DNA of 64,000 nucleotides from Owenia fusiformis (taxonomy: Eukaryota), in assembly GCA_903813345.2 (NCBI GenBank), contig CAIIXF020000001.1, forward strand, positions 45,260,001-45,324,000. The letters run 5' to 3'. The translations under genes and the position numbers were made by a program. This document shows positions 1 through 13,492 of this stretch, piece by piece (the first letter of the stretch is position 1; each line of letters starts with the position of its first letter). The notes under the pieces are model-generated. The model did no database searches and was not told the origin of the DNA. It was given only the letters and a program-made list of their open reading frames with translations.

Positions 1-1294
1 AATTATCATAATGTAGACATATACTATGATTTTACTGTAGATGTCGGTGTTTTAATTAATGTAATTACGCAAGTGTAGTTTTCAGATTTTGTTTGATTTT
101 TCAAAGTTTTGATTTTTTTGGGAATATTTTAGCTTTCTTACCATTTGAAACATTTTATTACCAGAATTTTTCCATATAATTGCAAGGGGTCTAACAACAA
201 ATTATTGTTCATGTTTTATAAAACATAATACAATAACAAATAGGTAAGATTTATATCTAATTAAATGTTACAGAGGTATTGGAATGTTCATATATTCCGA
301 GGGCATGTGTAATAATCAATTAGAATCATATGCAATCGAACGCCTTACAATTCTTCCGTGACCTTACTTGTGGCTATCATCAAGTTTTCTGGTGGTTGTC
401 TCTTCTTTGACCTTAACGCTGGATACAATCAGATTTTAGGAAGATAATGATAATGATTTTTCTCAATTATTCATGAATTCGACCAAGTCTTTATGGTTGT
501 TTTATAAGCAACTGAGCTATATCTAACTACGAGAAATATAATTTTAGCTGTAGTCCCAATTTTTCAAGGAAGAGCAATATGCCCTCCATTATTGATAATG
601 TTCACCGCTGAATAAAAGTCCATATCTCAAAACGCTAGGTCAAATATCGCTGCGCTATAGTGTGCTACCAGCTCCTTTATTAGACGTCCTAGAGATTTCA
701 TACCATGGACTAAATGTAGGAAAACAAACAAGGTGGCAGCACCTCCTTATCTTGCATTCAAAACTAATTTGTGATTTTCCTTTGTTACAATCCAAATTAA
801 GGAAGCGAGCAACACCATGTGTAGTAAAATTGACTGGACTGATAAATACTCCTGTGCTTTGCAATGCATTTCTGACAGCTTAGATAATCCCACTCTTTCA
901 TAAGAAACACATAAGGCATGTGTTGATAAAACAACAAAGGCAAAGCTACTTAGTTATCAATGTGAAAGATGGCAGCACCTCCTTAGCTCAATATTCTTTT
1001 ATCTTACAATATCAACCTATTTAGGAACGGAACTAAACATAAGAATCTCAGGAGATTAATTATCATATCACATACACACATTTGTCAAAATGTCTTATCA
1101 TAAAATATAAAATTGATTTGATGTTTATATCGTTTAATATCATACTAATGTAACAAAATTATGTGTCAAGGAGGTGCTGCCCTCTAGTTAGTATTTATCA
1201 ACTATTTTAATTCAGAAATCTATTATATACTATTAATCCATCAAACATTTAATATTTTAGATTAAGTTAGACCATATTATAACATAACACATAC

Positions 1295-4200
1295 TCCTTT
1301 GTCTAATGCTTCTTGTGTACGCTCTTTAACTTTGTCTTTTACTTCAGAATCTTTAATTTTTGCAACTGCTGCTTTTGCATTTTCCATACTGAGTCCTGCC
1401 TTTACACCAGCCTGAAAACAACGAGACAATTAAGTAATAGACTTGAATTTGCTTATTCGCACAAAAAGGAACATAGCTTTATTGTTTTAGGCCAATCAAC
1501 ATTTGATACATGTTTAATGTCAGTATGTCACCTCGCTTTGATAATAAGAGGAACATCTTAGACAATAAATAAACATTTTAAGTGCCCATGTATGTCATTA
1601 TAATGCAAAATGCCACCTGATGCCAAACCCCAACAGCAGAACACCATCCTCTCATGTGTGATGGTGACATAAAATAAACATCCATCAGGATATTAAACAT
1701 ATAATAAACTTTAAATGGCCTTATTATACTTTCTGGTGTAATTTAGAAGAAAATTAACAAAATCCAGTGAAAAGATGTCTGTGTCTGCTATGAAAACATT
1801 GTTGTGAAAAATGATATGAACCTCATGTACATTGAGTTGAGCTCTTATGAAGAGCCATTAAATCAAATGAGTGGTCTGTTCCAACTAACCTGAATAAAAC
1901 TTTCTGGCAGGTAGATGTCTTCATCCTACAAAAATATTGAACAGGAATAAAAGATGAAAAGATATTGATAGTTTTGCATCAAAAAACTTCCATCCCCCTG
2001 AATCTGTTATAACACAGGCAGAAATACTAGTAGATTAGAGGGAGGGGGAGGGGGATGGCCAGAGAAGTGATAAAGACTAAAATATTGGATGACTTCTGTA
2101 AAAATGAATGAGTATAAAGTATGCTTTTACAAGATAATGTTTGGTTTTTGAAGAATAACTTTTCCAAATTTTAAAATAAAATGTTAAAAACATTAAATAT
2201 ATGGATATAAGAAAATGTCAATTGGTATTGTGGTATCATATCATTTTTAATCTCAACATAGACACAGCTTTATTGTTCTACTTCTGTACTTGTCCACTAC
2301 ATAGGCATGCCATGTGCAATGGGTGTGATCGCACCCCCCCCCCATAACCAATAAAAACAAGAACACAAATGTGTAGAAAATGTCCCCACCAATGGGTGAT
2401 CCCATCAAATGGTTATCCTGAAAATGAGTAGACAAGACTTTACCAACACAATTTTACTTGATCCGTCACACAGTTAACTAGAAAACATGTAAACAAGACT
2501 TTACAGACAAGATTTTAGGATGGAAAATCCAAAATGGCTGCCTTGACATTTACCCAGAATGTCAAAAAACTAATCTGTTCCTAGATTTTCATACTAAGAA
2601 TCATCCCTGAAAATATGACATTGATCTACCAAATGGTTCACCTGAAAACGCGTAGACAAGATTTTAGGACAGAAAATCCAAAATGGCTGCCATGACATTT
2701 ACACAGAATGCCAAAAAACTAATCAGATCTAGATTTTCATACTAAGAATCATCCCTAAAAATTTGAAATTGATCTACAGAACGGTTCACCTGGAAATGCA
2801 TAGACAAGACTTTACAGACAAGATTTTAGGACAGAAAATCCAAAATGGCTGCTTTGACATTTGCCCAGAATGCCAAAAAACTAATCAGTTCTACATTTTC
2901 ATACTAAGAATCATCTCTGAAAAGGAGTTGGGTAAACAAGGCCATTTTAAGCCCCACCTGATTTTCAAGTTTTCTCTTTATTTTATTAATCTATGTGATA
3001 TATGTGTTTCAAAAATGTATGAAAATTTAGGTCAAGGTCATATTCCCTAGGTCAAGGTCAAATTAATAAAATTCATTATTTTCTACCAAAATATACCTTT
3101 TTGGTTAAAATATCACAAATATCTGTAGGAATTTAGTCTCATAGAGGTTGGAATTACAATATATAGTAAATTGGCAATTTGCCAATAATGAGATATTTAT
3201 ATTAATATATTCCGCCCTTCCCACGCAACACTGAAAGAGAACAAAAGTACCTAAAATAATGAAAATACTTTATTATTTTTAATTCATTTAAATTCAGAAT
3301 GTACATTTCATGATTTGACTCGTAAAGTAATGTTTATTTTTTATGAGAAATATGTCCTGCTTCCTGTTAGCGACATAGGGTATGCTAAAAACCACACACT
3401 AAACACACACACTGTATATATTATAATTCAACATAATGATATTATTCAACATAATTTTAAAGCAACTATTAAGTTTATTATCAATCATTCTGATAATGTC
3501 TAGGAAACAGTAAGTACAGATAACGGAGATAATCACTTCTTGGAGATCACCTAAAAGGTGAAAAACATCTAAAATCTCAACACATTTCATCATTGGCTTG
3601 TTAATGAAATAGACAACAGTTATTGCATATTATCTGTCCAACTTTGGCATTCTTGACTTGTGAAGCTAAATCTTCTGTAACCTTTCTCCGTTTTCTAGGA
3701 GAATTTACCTGCTTCCTACATATGCAGCATGAATAGCATTTGGCCATTTTGAATAATCAACAAAAATGGCAGGCAAAATTTTCTATAAAGTTCTAAAATT
3801 CACATCGAGCATAATAAGTCTCCATCAAAATTATTCTTTGTATGCAACAATATAACATTTAGGTAACTAAAGAAGCACTTATTAGAGTGGAGACTTGTTA
3901 TGCTCTATGTGAAAACACTCAAAGGATTACTACCTCCAGTGAATAAAAATGTCACCCAGACTCAGCATGAAATGTCCTTTCAAAGCTTTACTTACCTCTA
4001 AACTGTACATATTGTTTAAATCAATTGTATGTATGGATCAAATAAATATATATTTACATAATCCTGGACAGATAAATCAAAAACATTCATTCATAGCTGA
4101 GTAAATTGGAATTCATCAAGAGGGTTGCAAAATATGTGAATTTTTTTCCTTCTGGCCCCCTCCCTCTTTGAAGGTCTCCAGACACCGTAACAATTTTTTC

Positions 4201-7200
4201 TAAATTTTTTTAAAAATACTACCCAAAAACATAGACTTCAATCTATGCATTTCTGATGTTTTTTTCTCCTATTCTTAAAAAAAGTTTTTTCACACTTCAA
4301 TTGGGGCACTCTCTGTTGCTAGTTTACCCAACTCCTTTGAAATTGATCTACCAAACGGTTCACCTGAAAACGCGTAGACAAGACTTTACAGACAAGATTT
4401 TGACATTTATCCAGAATGCCAAAAAACTAATCAGATCTAGATTTTCATACTAAGAATCATCCCTAAAAATTTGAAATTGATCTACAGAACGGTTCACCTG
4501 GAAATGCATAGACAAGACTTTACAGACAAGATTTTAGGACAGAAAATCCAAAATGGCTGCTTTGACATTTGCCCAGAATGCCAAAAAACTAATCAGTTCT
4601 ACATTTTCATACTAAGAATCATCTCTGAAAATTTGAAATTGATCTACCAAACGGTTCACCTGAAAACGCGTAGACAAGACTTTACAGACAAGATTTTGAC
4701 ATTTATCCAGAATGCCAAAAAACTAATCAGATCTAGATTTTCACACTAAGAAACATCCCTGAAAATTTGAAATTGATCTACCAAACGGTTCATCTAAAAA
4801 CGCGTAGACAAGACTTTACAGGCAAGATTTTAAGACGGAAAATCCAAAATGGCTGTCTTGACATTTATCCAGAATGCCAAAAAACTAATCAGATCTAGAT
4901 TTTCATACTAAGAATCATCCCTAAAAATTTGAAATTGATCTACAGAACGGTTCACCTGGAAATGCATAGACAAGACTTTACAGACAAGATTTTAGGACAG
5001 AAAATCCAAAATGGCTGCTTTGACATTTGCCCAGAATGCCAAAAAACTAATCAGTTCTACATTTTCATACTAAGAATCATCTCTGAAAATTTGAAATTGA
5101 TCTACCAAACGGTTCACCTGAAAACGCGTAGACAAGACTTTACAGACAAGATTTTGATGGCTGTCTTGACATTTATCCAGAATGCCAAAAAACTAATCAG
5201 ATCTAGATTTTCATACTAAGAATCATCCCTAAAAATTTGAAATTGATCTACAGAACGGTTCACCTGGAAATGCATAGACAAGACTTTACAGACAAGATTT
5301 TAGGACAGAAAATCCAAAATGGCTGCTTTGACATTTGCCCAGAATGCCAAAAAACTAATCAGTTCTACATTTTCATACTAAGAATCATCTCTGAAAATTT
5401 GAAATTGATCTACCAAACGGTTCACCTGAAAACGCGTAGACAAGACTTTACAGACAAGATTTTGACATTTATCCAGAATGCCAAAAAACTAATCAGATCT
5501 AGATTTTCATACTAAGAATCATTCCTAAAAATTTGAAATTGATCTACAGAACGGTTCACCTGGAAATGCATAGACAAGACTTTACAGACAAGATTTTAGG
5601 ACAGAAAATCCAAAATGGCTGCTTTGACATTTGCACAGAATGCCAAAAAACTAATCAGTTCTACATTTTCATACTAAGAATCATCTCTGAAAATTTGAAA
5701 TTGATCTACCAAACGGTTCACCCGAAAACGCGTAGACAAGACTTTACAGACAAGATTTTAGGACGGAAAATCCAAAATGGCTGTCTTGACATCTACCCAG
5801 AATGCCAAAAAACAAATCAGATCTAGATTATTATACTAGGAATCATCCCTGAAAATTTGAAATTGATCCACCAAACGGTTCACCTGAAAACACGTAGACA
5901 AGACTTCACAGACAAGATTTTAGGACGGAAAAATCCAAAATGGCCGACAATAAAAAAGTGATTATGTGTTTTTGCTGATTTCTTCTTACAAAATTATCAC
6001 ATATTATTACTGTTAACAATAACATAGGCTTTTACAACAAAGTAGATCTGAAATTATTTATAAAGCTACTAAATAGTTAAAGTATGAAAACTCAAAAACA
6101 CCATTCAATATGATACAAAGTATTATCGTGCGCTAACTTTTCTTAAGACATTCAAAATGGCTGACATGACTGAGCTAACAGGTCCAAAACCTAATCAGAT
6201 CTAGAATGAAGTGAGCTGAACAAGATGTTAAAGTTTTAAGAGCAACTGTGAAGCCGTTTTTCTTAAAGTTTGCAGACAAGGATTTTAGCATTTGACTTCA
6301 AAATGGCCGACAGGAAGTAGGTATCGAGTTAAAATTTTTTCATCCACATCTGTATGCACTCATAAGTTATCCCTGAAAATTTGAAGGTGATATCTGTAGC
6401 GGTTTTGGAGAAAACTCCCGGACATACGGACAGACGGACGGACAGACGGACGGACGGACAGACAGACGGACGTGCCTAGGCCGACAATATGGCCCCACAC
6501 TATGTGGTGGGGACATAATAAAACCATGAGGAAGATGAAGAAAAGAGCTTTAAAATGCTTTTATTTGAATCTTCTAGCTCAATTTTGAAGGAAATTGCAT
6601 CAATTTTTGTAAAATTTAAAATAAATCTTATTTATTGGCTTCACACCCCCTGACTGAAAACCGAAAAAATTTTGGCGATCAAAATTCAAAATATTGACTG
6701 AAAGCTGGCTATGCCCCTGCACTATTTTTATAATGTTAGACAAAGATATACATTATGTAGAGGTGTCACTACTTTTGGTGTTACATTTTACCTTGTTCCA
6801 CACTCTCATCCAAAGTTCTCTTGTGACTGGCTCCACCATATCAGGATTTGACATGCTTACAGCTGTAAGAAACCTCTGGGCATTTATAGAACCTTTTTTA
6901 AAAGCCACCTCAGCAAAATCCTACAATGCATAAACATGATTTAACTAATATAGTACGAAATTATTGTATTGAAAATACATCAACAACAACCGAAATATTT
7001 CCTCTTAGAGCCATTTCTCTGAGAAATTCAACCCTCTTCAGACTGCAACATTTATTTATTATGGCCAACAAACTAGCTTTGATAATATTTCAATAGACTA
7101 GATGCGAGTAGAAATAATCTTGATTTACGTCATTAAATATTCAAAATTCTGTCAAAGTGTTGTCATATTTGAAATCGGCATGTAAAAGTACATCTAGTAA

Positions 7201-10200
7201 TATGGTTTCGAAAATTGTCTATCAATTTTGAAAATTTAATTTTTTTCTGAAAATGCGACTTCATGTTCGGGTTGATTCCCCATAGACCCTATGTTACAGA
7301 ATCACAAAGAGTGAATTATCTTATCTTGTATTGGACAGATAACATTTTCCTTTACTGAACATATTCTAATTTGCATAACTATTAGATACATGAGGGTTAT
7401 ATGAAAATTGAACCACACAAATAGATGTAATTTAAGTTAAAGGGAACTTTCTACTATACCCGCCATGCTATCTGACCCGAACGAGCCATCTGGTGGTGAA
7501 TCTAGTAACTACCTACTCGCATTTGCATTATTCAAATAGATTTTTTTTTTTTTTATAGTATAAACTTTATTGAAGTAAAGTCAATACATTTTCGGCCACC
7601 AATCGCCATATTGGCATTATAGGTTAGCCATCACTTACATCGTAAAAAATTAAGTATAGTATTTAGCTGTTTGAGGACGACTGTGCATCGAAGGGTATCC
7701 CAGGGAACAGAGGGGTTTGTGCCAAGTAGATGTGTAGAAAACAAGATAAATACATTATGAGTTCTCCAGGGCGTAGATGAGACCTCTTTGCTATGTCTTA
7801 TTGTCATGGAGAAAATTGCTGACGATGATAAAAAGTTTACTTAGTTCTGCTAAGGATAATGTCTCGTCACCATATAAGAGAAAATTAAGTTTATCATCCA
7901 TGTTTGTTAGTTGACTGATCTTATTATAAAAATTATTGTTGACCTCTTCCATCAGGGCATGCCTATTAATTTGGCATAGAGGACACTTGAAAAATAAATG
8001 TTTTAGTGTTTCAGGTTTGCCGCAAGAACAATGAGCCAATAGATGGTTGTCACTTCAACTGTTCAAAGGTTCTTACATTTTGTCATATTATTTTAAGTAA
8101 GTAAGAATAAAGTGATGGCATTTACAATGTAGCTGTAGTCTTCCTCTTTGCAATAGAGTACTTAGATTTTAAATAAAACATAAACTTAAAAGGTTACTCC
8201 AGGAGTCAAAATATTTAAATATGTATCCAAATAAAATTGTATGTCGCCTATGTTAATTTACTCGCCAATTGCTAGTTCACCAACGACACTGGTATTGCAC
8301 TTGATAAATGCTATTACCAAAACAGATCAGTTTCAGTAACAAGATGGCTTCAGTTCTTATTTGTTCCCAAATGTGGAGATTTCCTAAAACATATGATACT
8401 GATACACATTTGTGATGAAAATGTTGTGGGAATTAGATGCCTACAACTCATGCAATAAGGCAAAAAGAAAAATTGTACCTTCAAGGTTCCGACATTTTGT
8501 TACCGATACAGATCCGCTTCGGTAACTAGTTTGAAGAGTGCTGCACCAGTGAACAAGAGGTTTTTATAAAGCATGAAGTCACTTTGGCCAGATTAATAGA
8601 TGTCACTGCCACAGCCTGATGTTACAGGTGAAATGTACTCAAGTGCTAATCAACTTACTGATGGTTGATTCATGGGGACATTGTAATACTGTTTGAGTCT
8701 CTCTATATCATGTAGCATATAGGCTCCCTTGTTAGGTACCATTGCTGGGGGCTTGTTACCTAGAAAGTAATGCAAATTATCATTTCAGTTATACAAATAA
8801 TCATAGTTCTACTTCAACATTAACTATTATTTCTACTGACGTAACTGATATTCTATGAACTACTGACATACTATTAACAACATACTATTACTGACATGTT
8901 ACTGACTTACTACTTCTACTAATGATATTTGCTGACATAATAATAACGCAGATGCGAGTAGGCAGTTACCATATTCACCACCAGGTGGCTCGTTCGGGTC
9001 AGATAGCACGGCGGGTATAGTAGAAGGTTCCCTTTAGCTTAAATTATATCTATTTGCGTGGTTCAATTTTCATATAACCCTCATGTATCTAATAGTTATG
9101 CAAATTAAAATAAGTCCAGTAAAAGAAAATGTTATCTGTCCAATACAAGAAAAGATATTTCACTTTCTGTGATTTTGTAACATGGGGTCTATGGGGAATC
9201 AACCCGAACAAGAAGTCACGTTTCAAAAAAAAAAAAATTAAATTTTAAAAGTACATAATTTCGAAACCATATTTCTAGATGTACTTTTACATGCAGATTT
9301 CAAATATGACATCACTTTGACTGAATTTTGAATATTTAATAACGTAAATCAAGATTATTTCTACTCGCATCTAGTCTATTACTGACATAGGGTATAATAC
9401 CTGACATACTGTTGCTGACATACTAGTACTTGAAATATTACTACCTGACATATTACAGTAACTACTTGTGGGTTATACCTGCCATATTACTACTGACATA
9501 CCTGACATGCAACATATTTTTACTATTGACATAATAATTCTGACATACCTGATCCCTGCATTATCCCTCCAAGGAAGAATGGTTTCAGTTTTAGGTCTAT
9601 GTTCCATTTGTTCTGATACCTGGTCAGCACCTAAAACACCAGCATTTAAAGTATATTTTACACGATGATATCATCATATTATTCCAGTGCATTGTTCACT
9701 ATATAAGGGTTTTATTATTATGGGTCTCTATTATATTTTTTCTGAGACTAGCCAGCCAGAAATTAGAATGCAAGGGTCAGAACCATTATTACATTACATT
9801 TGTAGCACAAGGTTCCATCTTGCAATTCATAATACAAGATTCTATATAATTAAATGATGGCACTTGAAACCAAAGTGATGTGTACCATAGAGACTGAGAT
9901 GACATCCCTTAAAGTACCATTGACAAGTATTTCCAGGAGCCTCGCACTCTTATTACCCAGGCCCGTAGCCAGAAATTCTTTCAAAATCATGCAGTTTTTC
10001 ACCATCCTAAGCACTTTTCGCATGATTTTTAGCCAAAACTGTTAAAAAGCTCCCCTCCCTGCCAGTGTAGGCCCTAAGGAGCTGAAATCTGCTGGTCAAA
10101 ATGGCATTATAATCAAAACAGTAATGTTTGTGAGTACTTTGAATTTAAAAAATAAATAGTACCGTGTGTACTGGGCTCACATGGTGTTGCTCAAAAGTGA

Positions 10201-12175
10201 AAGATGGCTAAAATGACAGAAAAAACAATATAATTTTTTGCTGATTTTTTGTAACAAAATTATTTCAAGCCACTTGCCAAGCTATTTGGACTGACTAAAA
10301 GACAGATGGACAAATCGATGTTAAGTAAAATGGCTTAAAATAATTTCATACAACTACTCTTTACAGTGACATGGCCTTTTGCAATGCAGGACACCTGAAA
10401 TTACTTGTAAAGCTAGGAAGTGGGCCAAAAGTGAATTTCGCGAGACAAGAATGGCGACCATTTTGAAAAGAGGCGAGCTTTTGAACCAAGAGTCATAGGA
10501 GAGTTTTTTGTATTGATGTTGAACAAAATTAACTTAAAACGAGAATCCTATCGACAGAGGGTTTAAGGCAAATGGTCCAAAAGTGGATTTTGTGAGACGG
10601 ATGGACAAATCAATGTTAACTAAAATGACTGAAAATAAAAAAATGGATATAATTTTTTGCTAATATTTCATAACAAAATTATTTCATACATCTACTCTTT
10701 ACATTGACATGGATTTTTACAATGTAGGACACTTGAAATTATTTGTAAAGCTAGTAAATGGGTCAAAAGTGAATTTTGCGAGACAAAAATGGCGGCCATT
10801 TTGAAAATAGGCGAGCTTTTGAACCAGGAGTCATAGGGGAGTTTTTTGTATTGATGTTGAACACAAATAACTTAAAGCAGGAATCCTATCGACAGAGGTT
10901 TTAAAACGTGCCACTATTGTTGACGGACGGACAGACAGACGGACGGACAGACAGACAGACAGACGGACAAGTGAGTGATTGCAAAAGGCCACCATGTGAG
11001 CTAATGAGCTAATAAGCAATCAAATAACCAAATTGAAACAGTTTATGTAAAAATAGAAACATTTATATTTATCCTAACTTTTGTATATTTTAGTTTGTTT
11101 TTCTAGTTTAGCTATCATATCTGTGTCCTTTTATATTTTGATTCTCTGCCATGTTATTTTCGGAAAAATTAACACATGGCTGAAACTCTCTAAATTCCAA
11201 AAGGCCACAGCTTTGCTGCACATTATACATTACTATCAGAAATATACAAAAGTTAGGATAAATATAAATGTTTCTATTTTTACATAAATTCAATATGGTC
11301 ATTTGATTGCTTATTTTCTAAATTCAAAGTACTCACAAACATTACTGTTTTGACTGTACCACTGGTACTCACCTAGTGACGCTGACGATCCGTCAGCGTA
11401 ACAAGATGGAAGAACATCCGGGCTTCATTTTCGGTAAGATATTTTTATTTCTCAATTCTACACCACTTATGAGTCAAGTTGTGGACAATAATTTGGATCA
11501 AAGTTAAGGAAGATAGTCTAGTTTGGCGGTTCTATGTTTGGTATATTAACAGAGACGCAATTCACACATTTAGTCCCTCGCTTTTGTTATGTTGACGATC
11601 TTCATGAATATTGTCACATTGGGCACACAAAAACTGGGCCTTTTTGGTCATTACTAGGCCTTGTAAGGCCTTTTTTTTTTATTTCAGGCCAAATTCTGAT
11701 GAAAATGGGCCTCAAAATTTCAAAATATTATTCGGCGCAAGAGCGGAAATTTTGTTTCTCTGGCCTGAAATTTTGGCCCCCCCCCCCCTTGGACCCCCTT
11801 GTTGGTTCCCAGATCCGCCCCTGCCGTCTACCCGAGGGAGCACCTGTGACTACTACTTTTCCTTTGACCTATGCTGCAAATACATAGTTTGATTTATTGC
11901 AGGACCCACAGTCTTATTACCCAAGGTGTTGTAGTGTTGGATTTAGAGCATTTGGACTTGTGGACTTTGACAATTCACACTGACATTCGATGATCATTTG
12001 ATGAATGTTAACTATTTGCTGTAGGATCGAAGGTGTTAGTGTGTGCAATTGAAAGTGTAAAGACATATATTAGTTATTTTGAACGCAAACACCTAAATAC
12101 CTCAAAGGCTATCCAGGAATATGGAGAAACGACATCGTAGAACAACTCCACGGTTTTCTTCACAGGAGCAGCCAT
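1295..12175 (-). CDS. GSTK1: Glutathione S-transferase kappa 1 (first six coding exons; remaining exons not found, presumably left of the window)
   Basis: Exons 12101-12175, 9549-9630, 8659-8759, 6792-6920, 1890-1925, 1295-1411, all GT-AG and phase-consistent. Translation [64 protein letters not shown].../[21 protein letters not shown]...[30 protein letters not shown]...EALDKG carries the kappa-class FYDVxSPYSW motif. Confidence 0.96.
2924..4335. mobile_element. Non-autonomous Spy-like DNA transposon (no TSD)
   Basis: 14-bp TIR GGAGTTGGGTAAAC / GTTTACCCAACTCC, inserted exactly between AAAA and TTT of the repeat unit CTCTGAAAA|TTTGAAATT. Neighbouring units show the empty site without duplication. 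Confidence 0.8.
4336..5950. repeat. Tandem array of 162-bp units (also ~2450-2923) with alternating A/B variants
   Basis: TTTGAAATTGATC recurs at ~4470, 4632, 4766, 4928, 5090, 5236, 5398, 5532, 5694 and 5856 (spacing 162, or 134/146 for deleted B units). Confidence 0.95.
7092..7531 (+). mobile_element. MITE, copy 1 of an inverted pair flanking GSTK1 exon 3
   Basis: Imperfect TIR core ATGCGAGTAG / CTACTCGCAT; highly similar to the reverse complement of 8942-9380. Confidence 0.8.
7541..8037 (-). mobile_element. 5'-truncated LINE (RT ORF C-terminus, 3'UTR and poly-A)
   Basis: ORF 7791-8039 has [17 protein letters not shown]...LLYGDETLS, typical of non-LTR ORF2 C-termini. AATAAA and an A14 tail on the minus strand; TSD AATAGAT at 7535-7541 and 8038-8044. 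Confidence 0.85.
8942..9380 (-). mobile_element. MITE, copy 2 (inverted relative to 7092-7531)
   Basis: Reverse-complement match to 7092-7531; sits within a degenerate ACTGACATA simple-repeat tract (~8830-9545). Confidence 0.8.
10154..11005 (-). mobile_element. HINE-like element, family 2 (GSTK1 intron 1)
   Basis: SubTIR GCTCACATGGTG (10175) / CACCATGTGAGC (10990), (GGAC/AGAC)n ~10922-10968, internal direct duplication; related inverted copy at 15309-15903. Confidence 0.75.
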
Positions 12176-12420
12176 TTTCAACTTTGACCTTTGATCTCGT
12201 TTTCCAGATTTACTAGTCGATCAATATTCATTAATATAAGTTTTATATTGTTTTAAAAAGCAAACTTTCTTCAAATAACACTTTTACAGGATACATTTGA
12301 ATATTTTCAATTGACATTTATCAAATTGTTAAAATCTGAACTGTCTGGGTGGGAAATAATCCATAGTTGATCGAGCAGTCTTGTCTGACATTGTTTAGAA
12401 AAACTTGCTGGAAAAAGGTA
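12176..12420. promoter_or_regulatory. Probable bidirectional promoter / 5'UTR exons of GSTK1 and NUDT8
   Basis: GSTK1 ATG at 12175 (-). A candidate plus-strand donor AAG|GTATAT at ~12417 could join the acceptor at 14173 just before the NUDT8 ATG. Inferred only. Confidence 0.45.
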
Positions 12421-12808
12421 TATGTTGAATACACTCTCGAATGGTTGATTGATTATCAAAGAAGTACTCCTATCTACATTTTTGAATTATATCCCTCTTG
12501 ATTATGGATACACGATATACATACTAGGATACACGAGGTACCTTTTTATACAGTGGTGTACAAAGTAATAGTCACTTATTATTTTGGGGGTTTCAGTCTC
12601 AAAGATTAGATGATCAAAAGTTCATCATTTTTAGTTTTCAGCACAGGTGCTCCCTGGGTAATAAGAGTGTCAGGCTTCCCTCTAAGTAAGTAACTGAAAG
12701 GCGATATATATTGGACCTAAGTAAAGCCTAGACTTCAAATGAACTAATTTTCAGTGAGCTTCAAAGATTCTGTATGACATAAGTTTCTCTCCCTGAGAAG
12801 CAGTGATG

Positions 12809-13238
12809 CCCATGGGGTTCACTCTAAATAATTTAGATCGGTATGTGCAGCAGGGGAAATTTTGGCTTAGGGCATAAACGATGGAACCTGGCCAATCTGA
12901 GAGGAAAAAACATGGAAAATTTGTCGAAGAGAGAGCCTTTTTTGAGTCAAAAATCAGTTTTTCTACAAAAAATGGTAATAAATCGGTAAAATTTATCCCG
13001 TTCCAGTCCTGGAACGGGATAAGGTAAAATCAGTTGGCGAGGTCTTGGACAAACCACCCAAAAAGTGGGGTTTGTAGTTAATTTACCGATATTTCAGGAA
13101 ATTTACTCCCTTGTATATTAAGTCTGAGAGGAAGTATACATGAAAACGTTCAATTTTGAGAGGAAATTGACATAAATGCTCATATGCGTGGCACATAGGT
13201 ATTAAGAGGTATATCGCGATCGGAGTGAAACTCCCAGG
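12809..13238. mobile_element. Non-autonomous DNA transposon with 8-bp TSD
   Basis: TSD CAGTGATG at 12801-12808 and 13239-13246; imperfect TIR CCCATGGGGTTCACTC / GAGTGAAACTCCCAGG. Confidence 0.7.
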
Positions 13239-13492
13239 CAGTGATGTCCCATCGCTCATTCTCCGTTAAGCGTGACCATGGGCTTTCAATTAGAGGTGTC
13301 AAAATATGAATTTTTCGGCCTCAACCAAAATACTAGCTCTACTTCATGTACTTCGTTTATGGATGGCTATAGTCTATAATTTACAAACCTAATTTACAGG
13401 ACACCTCTAAATGCATTTCAAGACATGGTTCAAAAAATGTTTGTTTCTGGTGTGATTAACTATCAGTTTGTAATCTGATCCAGTATCAGATT

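Larger units (their letters stand above)
2355..6520 (-). mobile_element. Helentron/HINE (DINE-1/pearl-like) non-autonomous element with an expanded 162-bp internal array, in GSTK1 intron 4
   Basis: Subterminal inverted repeat ATGTCCCCACCA (2380-2391) / TGGTGGGGACAT (6505-6516), (GGAC/AGAC)n microsatellite ~6428-6470, terminal hairpin, central tandem repeats. Confidence 0.75.

Noticed and set aside
1..1250. Possible remaining GSTK1 exons or a transposase
   Set aside because: No AFGxP/FGSDR-type GSTK1 peptide or transposase motif found by eye. Only a repeated GGCAGCACCTCCTT motif (~735, ~971, inverted ~1170) suggests a decayed repeat.
2763..5826. Repeated ~92-97 aa ORFs ([17 protein letters not shown]...)
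   Set aside because: By-products of the 162-bp tandem repeat; non-ATG starts and no protein motif.
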